The notes: generated from the sequence alone by a model not told the origin. A DNA stretch of 64,000 bases from Marsupella aquatica (GCA_973895155.1 OZ316896.1:16914754-16978753), one strand, 5' to 3'. Counted from the first letter of the stretch, positions 50,860 through 64,000 are shown. Numbers and translations are program-made.

Positions 50860-52996
50860 TCACCGGGCTTCAATCGGAGTTTCGGCCAGGGTGCTTGCAA
50901 AAACAGATGAAGTCTCCCACTCCAACGACGCATTGAGGCAATTGGAGAGTGCGAATGTGATGTCCTTCATGCTGGGCCGGTGCAGGGGATCAGGGTCAAC
51001 ACAGCTTTTGGCCAGCGTAGCTATACTCAAAGCTGACTCCATGGGATAGTTTGTGGATAAGGCGGGATCCATCCAGCGCTTGAGACTTGTGACAGGGTCC
51101 GCCGACTCCAATATAGGTCTGATCGCTGAATAGAGGCACCTCTCTTCGCCTCCTGTGCCTTCGGAAATCGCCTCATCCCCCGAGAGCAGCTCTAGTAGAA
51201 CAACACCGAAAGCGAACACATCAGCCTTCGTGGTAACCAGACCATGGTTGAGGTATTCTGGAGCCATGTAGCCGTAAGTTCCAGCAATATGTCTGGTCAT
51301 CATGTCATTGCCGCCTCCAGATTTTGCCATGGCGAAATTTGCGATTTTTGCTCGGAAGGCCCGGTCCAGTAAAATATTCGAGCTCTTTACCTACATAGTT
51401 CATAGTAGAACGCACACTTGTCAGACAAAAGCTAAGAAATGTTAGAACACATAAGACTTCGACAATCAACAGTCGATACATAAGCGTTATGGACATCTTA
51501 CTCACATCTTTGTGGACATAACTAGGAGAGACATAGTCATGGATGTATTCCAGCCCGGACGCAGCATCCAGAGCGATCTGTACACGCATGGTCCAGCTGA
51601 GAAAAGACGAGCTTTTCGTATTTAGCTTGTTTTTGGAGAGGAAGTCCGTGTGCAGGCAGTCACTGACTGAGCCGTTCTCTGCATACTCATACACGAGGTA
51701 CAGATGCTCTGCTTCTTTCACGCACAGTCCCACGAGTTTGATCAGATTGCTATGGTGAACTCTGCAGAGAATTCTCAGCTCCTGGGACACATTCCCTTTC
51801 ATCTGCTTGATGGCCACCACCTGGCCCTTTAGAACTCCCCGATACACAGAACCCTGCAGTATGTTGCTATCGCTGAAATTGTTAGTGGCTTCACTGAGCT
51901 CTTGGTAAGTGAACAAGGTTGGTCTATCAGACCCAACCAAATCGGCCATCCCAGCCAGTGGGTCCCCTACTAAGACCTTGCTAGATCCGTCATGCAATGT
52001 TGCAACACTTGCATTCAGGTTGCCTCCACTGCCTGATTTCCCGACAACCAAGGGTGCCTCGGTGTTCGCTTTCCGTCCATTATCCATTGCCTCCTTGTCC
52101 CTCCGCTTCTTCAAAGCTAAGAGAAGGTAAAGGACAGCCAAAATCAAAATGACAATGCCAGCAACCACCCCAACCGCTATACCAACATACATGCCGGTCT
52201 TACTACTGCTGTGACCACCAGATGGAGATGAAGTAGGTCCTGGTGATGCCACACTACCCGGTGAAGGAGAGGAAGGAAAGGAAACAGGTGTGTAGTTCGG
52301 TCTGCTAGTGTTGATGGGTACAAGAAGAGTGGTTGCAACAGAAATAACTGAGTTAGCTCCTACCAAAGTATTGGCGTTGATGACAGAGTTTATAGGCACC
52401 CCAAAGCTTTGGGCAATCTGGCCGGATGAGTCCCCGTTCACTACGGGATATGTGACTAGAGACTTCACAGTAGCATTAAGCTGGGCGACACTCGGGCATG
52501 CGCAACGCACAGGGAAGATCATGGGCGAGTCAATGGTCAGGTTGAGGTAGTCCAATGTAGGATTCGCATCAATCACTGCTTGGGTGGTGCTCAAAGACTC
52601 AAAATTCTTCACATTCAGCTCGTAGAAAGTGTCTCCGCTCACTATGATGTGAGTCAAATTGGCGTAAGAAGTCTGATTGAAGCAGATGCAGGTCAGAGGT
52701 ACTATAAGGGGTAGCCCACTCGACAACGTCCCGTTCACAGGCAAATTGTTGAGAGTAGCCAACCCGTTTGGATCAGTGTTAAAGAGCGTTCCTATGGACC
52801 TAAAGTCTGTATAGCCCGGCTGAGCCCTGTAGAGTGCAAATGCACCACACTTGATCTTTCCAGAATCTGAGCAAAAATAAGAGGTGCCACTGTAAGCCTG
52901 CTGGGCATTGGAGCTGTGATTTTTGAGTCCTATCACCACAACCAGAAGGACAAGTAGCAAATGACGGCAGAGACTCCGAACGTCCGACTGTCCCAT
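50860..52996 (-). CDS. LysM receptor-like kinase, LYR subgroup (predicted pseudokinase; LYK4/LYK5/NFP-related), 2 exons, 673 aa
   Basis: Exons 52996-51506 and 51390-50860, with a 115-bp GT-AG intron. Signal peptide, three LysM modules separated by CxC (CIC, CAC), Pro/Ser stalk and TM GIAVGVVAGIVILILAVLYLLL. The kinase has a truncated Gly-loop (ILQGSVYRG), HKD for HRD and NFA for DFG, but retains an activation segment GTYGYMAPE. Confidence 0.95.
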
Positions 52997-53939
52997 AGCT
53001 ACAAGAGTCCTCGGGACAGTCCTTCACAAGACAACAAGCAAAATGCCTTCCACAAAATTCTCCCCTTGCAAAGAGACGATATTTCCCTGAGACGATATCT
53101 TCCTGACCAAGGCGGTGCTCCCTGATCGGACTTAAAAGATCGTTCCCCGGCTTGATCACTAAGTAGTGCACATCCCTGCTCCGTATTATTCCGTCCCCTT
53201 CAGGCTCACCACCGATAGCAGTATCACGAGTCACTGCTTCGTCCCGGCTAAATAAGCTTCCGAACAGATCCGGACGGCTGACCCTGAACCGCTGGCCCTC
53301 GAAGCTTTTTCTCTGACGAGGATTAGAACAGGACACAGCTCAAAGAGAGACCAAGGTTAGAGAGAGGAATATCGACCAGGTTTTGTCGAAGATGAGTATG
53401 ATTCCTTCGTTGCGGTATAAATGTTGTCCCCTACAAGAGGTCCCCGGGTTCTAGATAGGGACCCTCGTTTGCAGAGGCTGGGTATCGCTACCTCCAATGA
53501 AGAAGATAAGTTCTGCTCCCACTGTCATTGGAGGAAGACGACCGTCGCCGAAATCACCAAATGACTACTGTACTCATTCGTTCCCTTGACATCGAAGTAT
53601 GAACCTGTTGTGCGAAGGAATGCTTCCGCGTTTATCTGATGAACACATCTCAGAATGTAGGATAGAAATGATGCCCAACTGCCAAAACGCAAATTGCTAT
53701 ATGGTCCCACTATGTTGCTGCAAACTCCACTGCTGACTGTCAGTTCAACTAGCTCCTAAGAAACGTCCTCTCCAAGTCTCATCAAAGTTTCCATTCATGA
53801 AGACCTGCATCCATCTGCAAAGACCAGACTCGAGTCCCCTGTTCCTGCACTACCGTATTCTTCTCACTCACCGAAAGGCGCGTTCTGCACACCTTAGATC
53901 GGCGGTTTCATTCAGAGCACCCACGGACTCTGCAATCCA

Positions 53940-54420
53940 CCACAGAAATCGATGTTTCCAGTCCTCCACTCGAAATCACTTCCGCCCTGCTCCAATCCCA
54001 ATCAAACGCTGCTTCCCCTGTTTTCCCCACCTTTGCTAGAACACCGAACTATCCAACGAAGGAAGGCCAGAGTAACCAAAGCACAATCCCCCACAGTTTC
54101 GGACGAATGCAGCAAGCATACAGCTAACACCCACAGAACCGATCTTTCTCGTACTCCAGTTGAAATCAAGCCCTCAGCTTACTGCTCCAATCCCCACCAA
54201 AAGAAAATTGCTATTCCCCTTCTTTCTCCACCCTTGCTTGAACACTGCATCAGGCAAGAGTAAGCACAGCAATGGTATGAATACAACGAGCTTCAAGTAA
54301 CTCCCACGGAATCAATGTTCTCAAATCCTTCACGTGAAACCACACCCTGTGCTTCCTGCTCCAATTCCAATCAGTTGGCTCTTCCCCTGATTTCCCCACC
54401 TTTTGCTACACTCCAGAGCA
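53940..54420. repeat. Three degenerate ~180-bp-period repeats upstream of the LYR gene
   Basis: CAC(A/G)GAA..GAT(G/C)TT..GAAA(T/C)CA..CTGCTCCAAT(C/T)CC..TTCCCCT..TT(C/T)CCACC(C/T)TT(T)GCT at ~53941, ~54132 and ~54305. Confidence 0.7.
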
Positions 54421-55695
54421 CTGCAGACGCAATTATGGGAGACAAGGGTACGCACAGCAATCCGAACAGCACCCCGCAGTTCCTGGCGAATGTGACGCAA
54501 CGAGCATACAAGAGGCAGAACAGGAAGCTTCCCAATAGCGAATGAATCCCAGTCTTCACTTCTCTACTCTACAACTCTAAACCCTACTCGATCCCCGAAT
54601 CCCTGACAGTGTCCTCCAAACGCGGATGGGAGTCTCGTCTTCTTTCTGTCAGGTTGCTGGAATACTGGGATACGCTCTTTGTGAATTATTAATAAGCATT
54701 TCCAAAAGCTACGGTCAGCGCAGCTCAAACTTCACACTGCTCATCGAGCTCCCCTCCCGAAAAACTCCAGATCAGAAACCTCCAATCTTGAAACACTTCA
54801 TTATTATTATTAGCATATACAGTACATCATTTCATTTCATTTCATTTCACTCGCTTCCGAGCTACAGTAAGTTGAAGCAGAGCTGCCGAAGTTTCTGATT
54901 CTGCCCCAGAAGGCCAGAAGTCCAGAATCATCACTGCAAGTCTGCAACTGCCTCGATGATCAGCCGGTCAATCCACTCGAGATCCGCTTGCTCGCAGTCT
55001 CACAAGCTCACCATGGCAAAGGCACTTATGCACCACGAGATGGGAATTTATTGCTTCCCGTCAATCACGGACTCCACATTACAGTGAACTGTGCCTACGG
55101 TAGTGCAGTGTGGACAAATACATTCCATGGTTATGTACAGGCTGACCATGTAATGTAGTCCTCTAATATTACACATTTTTTCCTTTGCAAATGTACCAAA
55201 AATGCAATTTGAATAAATGTAAGTCTGCTCTCACTGAATGTCAGAATATTGGCACTAAACAATCAATGGATAAGTGCAATTTATTCAAGCGTGCACATGC
55301 AATTATCGATTACCACAATGCATACAAGAGAAACATTTAGTGATAAGTGCAGCAGACATTACATAAAGTAGTTTCATGTAATTATCCAGTTTGCTCATGC
55401 AATATGACGGGTATGAGGAATCCTACGTGCTTGACATGACAACACAACAAGTAACGTAAGTGATGTCTCATTCACTTATTAGATAGTGCAGACCATGCAC
55501 ATATGGAGAAGTAATGATATGCTGTGCACTAATAGCATAGTACATTCCGTGGATAAATCCTCCTGGTGGTGTCTTCATAAGAGCCTGCACTTAGACATGG
55601 TTCAGTGTAGTGTGCTGTGGAGGAGCTCCTACATTCTTGGAAGACATATTTGGATTATTATTCTAAGGGGCCAATGGGTCTAGTCATAAGAGCAT

Positions 55696-55733
55696 CTCTA
55701 ACACTTTCTCGAAACTCTAACACTTTCTCGAAA
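55696..55733. repeat. 19-bp tandem duplication
   Basis: CTCTAACACTTTCTCGAAA x2. Confidence 0.85.
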
Positions 55734-58254
55734 GGTTAAGGCTGTCTTAATTGTAGACTGGCCTCAGTGTGCTGCCCTCAATTCTCCCAAAATTGATTCT
55801 CCCAAAATTGCCCCCAAAAGTCCTGAGGGATGCATCACAGCAATTATTGTGCTTCTATCTGTCACTGGGCAGAACACCTTCAACAGCAAGCAAGCGGAAA
55901 GTCAGTCCAATTGTTTTCTTTAAGTTTCACATGTGGGGACCTCTCCCTTGAGTCTCCATTTAACAGCTGTAAAGTTGGCTAATGAGGAGTTCAAGCATGA
56001 AATTCTCTGTGTATACTATGATGCCAGGCATTTAAGGGCAGCAAAATGAGCCAGTCTATGCAAGAAAGCTCTTATTGTGAGTGGGTGTTGACCACATCAA
56101 GTAACTAAATGCATAGAATAAGTGGGTTTGTCTAACTAAAACACAAAACAAACCTAGTAACTTCAATGTACGTAGTCATGTCCAACCCACTTGCAGCAAC
56201 CGGATTTTGGAGACAATATGAAGTTTTCCTATCTACTTGCAGGTTCTTTGTTGGGTTTTCAAGTAATCTGAGGTGATGTGCAGCCATGTCAAGGCAAGGC
56301 AAAAATGTTGAGGCAAGTTTAGATGTTGCACTGAAGCAAAGCCGTTGGGGTGTGGAAAAAATGTTGAGGCGACACAAAAGAAATGCACAGGAGCCAAAGA
56401 AATGTAGACAATGCGAAGAAATCCAAGCAAGGCAAGAAAGTTGTTTTATTAGACATCTCACATGTTGTTGCAACCATGTTGTCATTATGGCAATGCAATC
56501 ATTTCGGTCATGAGAGTGTTGCAGCTATATATGCGGTTATTGTGGCCATGTTGTTGCCAAGCCCACTGCCATAGCATTGCATAGAAACATTGAGGTAAAG
56601 AAGTGTTGCTTGAAGGCTGGGATGTTTAGGTGAAACAAACTGAAAATATTGGATCTGGTATAATTCTTTCTTGCTCATTTCATGTGAAAACTATTGTCAC
56701 TGTTCAGATCTTGTTCAGAATAGCACATGAAATTATGTAATCAAATAATGTAATTCAAGTCAACACAAAAATATGGGATAGGGCTCAAATGGGTAGTGAG
56801 CATACATGGATGAGAGTCAGGCAAGAAATCTTTATTGTTGTTGATACTAAAAATGTAACAAAAGTGGAGCCAACAGACACAACTGGGGAAAGAGCTAGGC
56901 GAGAGTTTAGAGCACAATAGACTAATATTGATGATGGGGCATGTCAAGCAATGCAGGTCTTGCGGAGAAAAAATGTTGTGAGCTTGATCTTTTGGCCTTC
57001 ATTAAAGGATCATTCTTTGAAAAGCTTTGTAAATGAATGTTGGAGGGTTTTAGATGGAACAACGAAATTTGGGACTATTTTCTACAAAGCTAAAACAAAT
57101 AAAATGAATGAATCAAGAAATGTAAAAGCAGTCACCTTCACTTTTGCAGTTTTATTTTATTTTGGAAAAAGAGGTTGTTATTGTTGTGAAAGCTATGTTG
57201 TCCGGGAGAGCAAGGATGTGGGAGGGTGAGAGGGAGTGCAAGAGGGGTGGTGGCTCCTCGAGGATTTGTGGGGTCAAGGTGTGGTCGCACAATGTTACTG
57301 GGAAGGGAACATTTAAATTTTTCTCTCGTCCTTTTCCCTATTTCGTCACTCCCTTGCCACTCCATTCCTCCCCCATTTTCTTTTGGCACCATTAAATAAA
57401 CAAAAAAATATGCACAATTAATTAAAGAGAAGAAGAAAAGAGGGATTTAAAATCAAAATTAACCCATTTTGCTTCCTTCTAAAGCATAATCATAAGCATA
57501 CGCTATGCAAAATTCCAAAAAAGTTTGTGATGTTCGAAAGATTCTCCTTTCAACTCGTGTACTTTCATAGAAGAAAATGAAATGTTTTAATTTATGTCGC
57601 ATAAGAATCATATCTCATGTATTCTGTATTCTACTATAAATCTAAGTATATGATTTGATACTCCTTGTCAATCAATCCAAGTAGATGGCTGCTACTTACA
57701 ATAACCTAAAAAAAAGTGTCATCCCTACAGTAAGGGTATTTCCTCACAATAACCAGAGCCAATCACCTTTGGAGAAGCTCTATGCACCAGAGCTACTCCA
57801 TGTCTTTGCTTATAAAGAGGACCTACAGACAGACTGTACATGGGTTCTGCCCGTAGATAAGTTAACCCTAACGCATGAGGCAAGCTGTTCACAATCTACT
57901 ACTGTAGTCAGCAGGGATATCTCGTCTTGTCTTGACATCAGATTCTCCCTCTTGTCTCTCCATCCAAGAGCTTGTCCATCCTTGTCTCCTCCGTCCCTAA
58001 AACTTCTTTTGGATCGTCCTTAGTAATTGCAGTCAAGGTTATGGCGTGGGTTATGGGCCGTGTATTTTTTAAGGTTTTTACTTTTTAGCCAGAGTGGGGA
58101 ATGTCCAGTGTGTGAAGGATAAGATGCCCAAAATATTCTTTATCTGATTATTTTCATGACCGTCAGATCTCCCTAGACTTAAGGATGATCGTTAGATTCT
58201 GGCTAATGGGACCTGTGATTAGGTAGAAGTGGCTAACGAGACAGAAAAATACTA

Positions 58255-58370
58255 CTGTCTTCCCCCGAACACAGCGCCCAGGCACTATATTCGAATAGTG
58301 GGCCATGGGGTGTTATATTCGAATAGTGCGCCCAGGGCATTGTGTTTGAGTTTCGACACTATGTTTTGGA
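58255..58370. mobile_element. Truncated second copy of the TA-TSD MITE family (one end only, inverted relative to 47219-47606)
   Basis: TA|CTGTCTTCCCCCGAACACA..ATTCGAATAGTGGGCCATGGGG..ATTCGAATAGTG aligns to the reverse complement of 47500-47606. Confidence 0.8.
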
Positions 58371-58734
58371 TTTTTTACGGACCCCCATTAGGGGTCTCTT
58401 GCAAATTCTCTGCCATGAGGTTGCGCCACATCATCACAACTAGTCACAAACAGGAATGATCCTACTTTTAACAATAATAAACGTGCACATTCCTGTTTGT
58501 GGCAAAAACAACGTAATTTTTGGGGCGTTATGCCGTAAATATTAAACGTAAAAACCCAAAATACAAAGGAAGAGATGTCATTTAGTAAAACAAAGTTACC
58601 ATTTTAATGCTTGTCAAAGATATATCAGTGTTTTATATCAAAATGCTTGTATTTTTTAATTGTTTGTAAGTTTGAAAAAACAATTGATAAAAATGTACAT
58701 AATTAAAACCCATTTGGCTTCACATTGTAAAACT

Positions 58735-59215
58735 AAATAATAAATCTCCTTAGTACTTGATAAAATTTGCCAATGTTTGATTCATTGGAAAATTCAAGAT
58801 CAAGATTTAGAAACTCGTGATCTCTTTAGTAATGTCTTGATAGAATTTCTCAATGTCACTCATTGGAAAGCTAGAGTAAAATTAAAAACTCATAATCTCC
58901 TTAGTACTTGACAAAATCTATCAATGTTAGGTTCATTGGAAAGCTAGAGAAATTTAGATACTCATGATCTCTCTATTTCTTGACAAATAATCTCAATGTC
59001 ACACATTAGAAAGTTAAAAAGATTGAACACCTCCTGATCTCTTGAGTACCGTGACAAAATCTGACATAAAATTTGTAAATTTCAGACTCAATGTTAGAAA
59101 GCTAAAAGAATTCATGAACTCATAATCAAAAAAATTTACACTAACACTCATTGGAAAGGCAAAGATATTCAAAAACTCATATGAAATTTATCAATTTGAG
59201 GCTCATTGGAAACCC
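58735..59215. repeat. Degenerate ~70-80-bp tandem repeat, ~6 copies
   Basis: Recurring ACTCAT(A/G)ATCTC..TAGTACTTGA(C/T)AAAAT..TCAATGT..TCATTGGAAAGCTA. Confidence 0.8.
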
Positions 59216-62200
59216 TTTCTCGATTAAGAGATATCACAATCTCGTCACTGTCACAAACTTAGCCGCTACAAATTGATTTATTTGATTACGTCACCATCAC
59301 TTGTCCACAATGCTTGCTTCCCGACTTGAATTGTTCGCATTTCTTAGATAGTCTTCAACTAAAGCTCACTCTAAATACAGGTTGACGCCAAATGCAGCCT
59401 ATATGTCAAAGAAACAATTGTTGATCTTCCCCTCACACCATAACTTTCTTAAATAAAAATAACTACAAATCCTTTGTTTGAAGTGACGGCTCGTTCGTTT
59501 TGTGTGTTCTTCCCACCAAATTGACAAGCACTCTTTTGCCAACAGCTGAGTGTTGTGCTCTAGTCTGTCTTGTGGCGGTAATGCTCAATGTAACTCACAA
59601 ACAATCAATCAAGAATGGTTGAAAGATGATTTTTCCAATGTGTAAGCAAAACCTATAAGAAAACTCAATTCCTCCACATTCAACCTTCCGTTTGATAGAT
59701 CTCTATCTTTTGAGTATTTGTTTTTGTACGAGCACACACCAACACCATCGGGAGACTCAAAACCGTTGGTTACCGCCTTGATGAAAATTGATTTCACTTA
59801 ATCATACAAACATTCCTTGGATGAACATGGGGGTCCACGGATTAATTTTACCTTGTAGCGGCTGTGACTACAACCCATTTGTTCATGTAGGGAAGACTGT
59901 CAACTGGAGGGAACTAACCCCAGGGAGGACTGGCGACCTCTCCCCTACCCAAGTCAACTTTTGGTGAGCAAGAGTTGCCCTCGATGAGGATGTGTTCACA
60001 ATTAAAAAATGATCCATTTTTTAAAGAAGATTAAGCAGTTTCGGCCCATAAGAGTTAGGTGCAACTGAAAAACGAGTAGTTCAATTTCCAAGGAAAAATG
60101 AGTTGTTGAACGAGATTTGGCAAGATTGGAAGGGGCTGTGGAAGGACAAGTAAGTTGAGGCATGGTGATGGGACTCTAGAGTTAATACAAAACATACACA
60201 AAAACGCAGCGTGAAGTAAATTGCCTGGAGGGGAAATTGAACTCTTCCATTGTCCAAAAAAAACATCCTGCCAGGAGGAATTCAAATACAAAGAGGCGCA
60301 ACGAGGCCTGGGATTCCCTAACCCCCCCAAACCGTTGAGTCCCAGGTGGCGACTTGCACAAAACGTGCATCCTTGGAGGGGGCGAGCCAGGAAATGCTAG
60401 GGAGAGGAGAGCGGCTACTTTACTCCAGGGGCGGGTGGGAGGGAGTGGCAATTTTGGCAAAAAAAATTAAATTCTCGAAAAAAAACTTAAATGAAAATAT
60501 TTTGTGGCAAAGAACTTCGGTTTTAGGTTAGGCTTGAAGTGAAATTTAAAAATCAAACTCTGTCCTCAACTGTGCCCGCCCATGCAACGGAGTAGGTTTT
60601 GAGGGCCCATCAAACGCGGCCCCGCCATTGGAAGCACGCATTGACGAAGGCTCCCTCGTGTTCTGTACGGTGCTGGTGCCCGCCAGTCCCTCCCAGAGTC
60701 CCAGAAGTGGGTCCCATGGAGTCAGGTGAAGTCCCCTCACTTCCTGACTCCCCGATCACACGATAAGCCAATAAGGGCCGTACCTTGCATGGGAAAACGC
60801 ACCCCCGCACAACCGTACCTCGGGACACCTACGGCTTTGTACGGTGGACTCAGGGCTGACCGTTTTCTCCCTCCTAGAATTTTACATTAATTTGCTTTTT
60901 GACTCTGGCTCTTGGTTTACCGGGGCTTTTACTGCCTTCTTTTTCTTTCTTTTCTTTATCTCTTATTTGTTTGCTGTTGTGGGAGCAAACCAAAGCTAGA
61001 ATGGACCGCGATGTTTGTCATTACCTATCCCATGGATGTGTAAAATTATCTGCTAGTTTTCACCATAAACAAAAACATGTTGGCTGAGTTTGGAATGGAC
61101 TTTTATTGAAAGAGTCATTAAGTTGTTTGTGATGAATAGCAATTTTTGGGAAGAATAATTCACTATTGTGAAAGACTCCCTTAGTAGTTTGGGGCTGAGT
61201 AGGATAAGACTATTCTTGGTGTGGTTTTGTTGCTGTAGACTTTATTAAGAATGGAGGCCCCAATGGTGTCTGCAGCAGCCACTCCTAAACTCACTAAACA
61301 TTATTTTCATAAGCTTTTGACCATGTGTTTATGGCCAAAAGCCATCATAGGCAACTGTGAAGTTTTAAAACGTTTGGAGGCTCCCTAGTAGCCAGTTTTC
61401 CACCTGATAAGGGATCCCAGTAGTCAGAATCCAATGGTCCTCCTTTAAATCTAGTCAGATCGAGCTCTCAAAAATTAATCTGTGAAAACTAAGTGATGAA
61501 TATCCATAAGATCTTCTCCTTCACACACTCCTCACACTTCAAACAAGGTTCGTCACTCTGGGCGGAAAAGAAGCGAAAAAGAAATGTAAAAAAACAACCC
61601 TTATAAACTGACCCTGCTATCTTTGAATAAACCCAGATCGCAGCATAATTATATGGTAAAACTCGCCGAGATGAAGACCGATGCTGACACGAGAAGCTGA
61701 CCGAGGTGACCCCGGTCAAATCAGCAGGTACCCACCTACCATCATCAAGTCCACCTGATGATGAATGAAGGTAGAATTAATGGTACTAGAGTACCGTACT
61801 GGACCTCCACCTCACGAGTCACGACTATCAAAGCAACTCAGTGAGCATGCGCTCTGAATTTTGGGTCATGGATGATGGATTCCAGAATTGCACGACTGTA
61901 GCAGTGTAGTGCTTCGATTAGCTCTAGTACTGTACGATTTGGGGGCAACCCAGCTCACGACGCACTCACCCTCCCTCTGTCATCCCCTCCAGACTTCCAG
62001 AGTGCAGATAACGTCACTTCACCCACTAATAATGAATGTGCACCATGGATTATACAGTCGCCTCTCTCTCTAAGGGCACACTCCATAAACACTTACACTC
62101 GATTAGTGCAGGTCATCTTGTTTTTACTTTCTTTTTTTTACAATCTTTAAGTGCTGTTTCTAAACGCACATAGTCCTAGAATCAATTCGCTAAGCAACAA

Positions 62201-62597
62201 CTTTATAAATGCTTACCTTTGATCAGTGTCTCTATGCTCGTAGAGGTAAATGCACAAAATCCTGAAATTGCATTTACGGATAAATGCATGCCCATTCTTA
62301 GTAGAGAATGCACTTAAGGAGGGTTGGCATAGAATTAGGGCAGGGATACAAGGTATGAGGGTGACTACTCACTAATGGAAGGGCTCTAAATTTAACAAAG
62401 GAATCTAAACAAGTGCACTTATCAATAAGTGCACTTTTTATGGGGGGTGCATTTATCAATGAATGCAACACCTAGTTTGGTGCATGCCAGATCCATGTTC
62501 CCAAGAGTGTGCACTTATAAGAGTCAACTGCATAGCATACTGCCAAACACATCAAAGGCCCCAAACCTGGAGACATGGTCCCAAAGGTGAACAACCT

Positions 62598-62790
62598 AAT
62601 AAAAAGGGGAAAGGGGAAAGACTCCAAGGAGACCAAAGAACCCCATAAAATGAGGAAAGGGGGAATACTCCAAGGAGACCCAAGAACCCAATAAAAAGAA
62701 GAAAGGGCGAAGACTCCAAGGCGACCAAAGGACGCAATAAAAGTGGGAAAGTGGGAAGACTCCAAGGAGAACAAAGAGGGCCCACAAACC
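62598..62790. repeat. Purine-rich ~47-bp tandem repeat x4
   Basis: AATAAAA..GAAAGGG..AAGACTCCAAGG(A/C)GACCAAAG repeated. Confidence 0.85.
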
Positions 62791-63446
62791 TAAGTCCTAG
62801 CCACAACAAAAGAACTTGTTGAGAAAAAGCCTACAAAGGTAAAGAGAAGACAATTCTTTGTTATACTCTCAGAGTTTAGGGATAGACACCGTTTACATCC
62901 AAACTTTCCTTTTTGGACGAAGGACCAAATGAATGAGAACATGGATTTCAATTCTTTCGTGTAGGAGTCTGAGGGATAGACACCGTTCAAGGAATTGTTT
63001 ACACCCCACTGAATGTGGAGCGTGTATTACAATACTCTCTTAGTTTTTTTATATATCAAACCAAAGAAGAACTTAACCAGGCCCTTTCCCCATTTTGTGT
63101 ACTTGATGGGACCAAAGATGTATTAGACTTAACCAGGTCCTTTCGAGCCATTAAAAGTATTTAAATGCGTTTACACCTCTCACTTATAAGCAGTCTACAT
63201 CAGGCCCTTTTCTAATACAGGGCGCCACCACTTGACTTGGGGTGCAATGCAATCTGCAGATTGTTAACTTTTAGTAAAACGTAGTATTTCATTGGATGAC
63301 AGAATGAACTTGAGCTGAAGGTTGTTCTGTGTGATCTATGAAGTTCAAGCTCTAACTGAACAAATTTGGGAACTTTTGCATATCTTCGACACTCAATCCT
63401 ATATCCTCAAAAACCATGGGAAAAACCATCTCCAGGACGTAGCTGG

Positions 63447-64000
63447 TGTTAGATATTGCTCTAGTCTTGTGTCTCTTGTGCTAACCACAGTTAGGCTAAC
63501 TCGGGTTAGGACCTAGCTAAGGTTAGCGGTAGTGCTGTTGTGCATATAGCCAGGGCTGATGCCAGACCCTGGTGGAACTTAGGCTCATTGTTACGGAGCT
63601 AGTTGAGAGATAGGGAGAGCTTGTGCTGTGGATGCTTGGTATGGCCGGTCGGCCTAGAGTGCAGTAAAGCTCTTGTGTGTTCCCGTGGACGTAGCCTCAT
63701 GTGGAGGTGAACCACGTATCTCTCTGTGTCGACTATTGTGCGTTGGATGGTTCATGGGCTTGCCGTTGCGAATGTCGTCTATGCTCAACAAGTGGTATCA
63801 GAGCATGCTTGGGAGGTGACGAGGTTTTTTCATGACAGGTTTTTTCCAGCGTTCATTGTCGATGGTACATTCAGAGTTTCGTCGCATGAAACTCGGTTGT
63901 GTGTGGCTGAGCGGATAGGTTAGTGAGAGGGCATTCTAACGGTGGTTAGAGCTCGCTGATCGGTATCCGTGGTGCGGAGGAATTGAAGTTTGCGTCGTTT
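63447..64000 (+). mobile_element. 5' LTR (63447-63790) + PBS + leader of an LTR retrotransposon running off the window
   Basis: TGTTAGA...CTCAACA followed by AG-TGGTATCAGAGC (initiator-Met tRNA PBS, 63793-63804). Same family as the solo LTR at 15786-16117. Confidence 0.92.

Noticed and set aside
51305-51505. C-terminus of the 563-aa ORF as a genuine LYR end, or the LYR as a split pseudogene
   Set aside because: A canonical 115-bp intron joins the two ORFs in frame into a complete kinase domain.
56000-57200. Possible decayed Mutator/FAR1-type transposase (e.g. LSCSFHVK)
   Set aside because: Only one weak motif and no sustained frame. Needs a profile search to support.
59600-60900. Possible TE remnant with GC-rich patches
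   Set aside because: No termini, TSD or coding motif could be identified.

Overview
Eukaryotic nuclear DNA from a land plant, most likely a non-seed lineage such as a bryophyte. This is an inference from the GT49 gene, the intron-bearing LYR gene and the long leaders, and is not proven. Four genes look intact: an 8-exon GT49 (LARGE/B4GAT1-like) glycosyltransferase (+, 2211-7660, all exon phases consistent, 499 aa), a 3-exon PLAC8/PCR-like Cys-rich protein (-), an intronless calmodulin-like protein (-), and a 2-exon LysM receptor-like pseudokinase of LYR type (-, 673 aa). Two genes are disabled: a 9-exon CYP85-clan cytochrome P450 and a STIG1-like gene. Mobile DNA includes a full-length but disabled Ty1/copia element (9242-15275, 324-bp LTRs, AAAAT TSD), a solo LTR and a 5' LTR+PBS of a second family, a Helitron Rep fragment joined to a very G-rich repeat block, MITEs, and a 1.3-kb foldback flanked by an unusually long ~60-bp direct repeat. 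I saw no rRNA, tRNA, CRISPR array or recognisable conserved miRNA. I cannot demonstrate a new multi-gene system. The best leads are the GT49 gene, the atypical LYR, the foldback element and an excision-like footprint in the copia gag.
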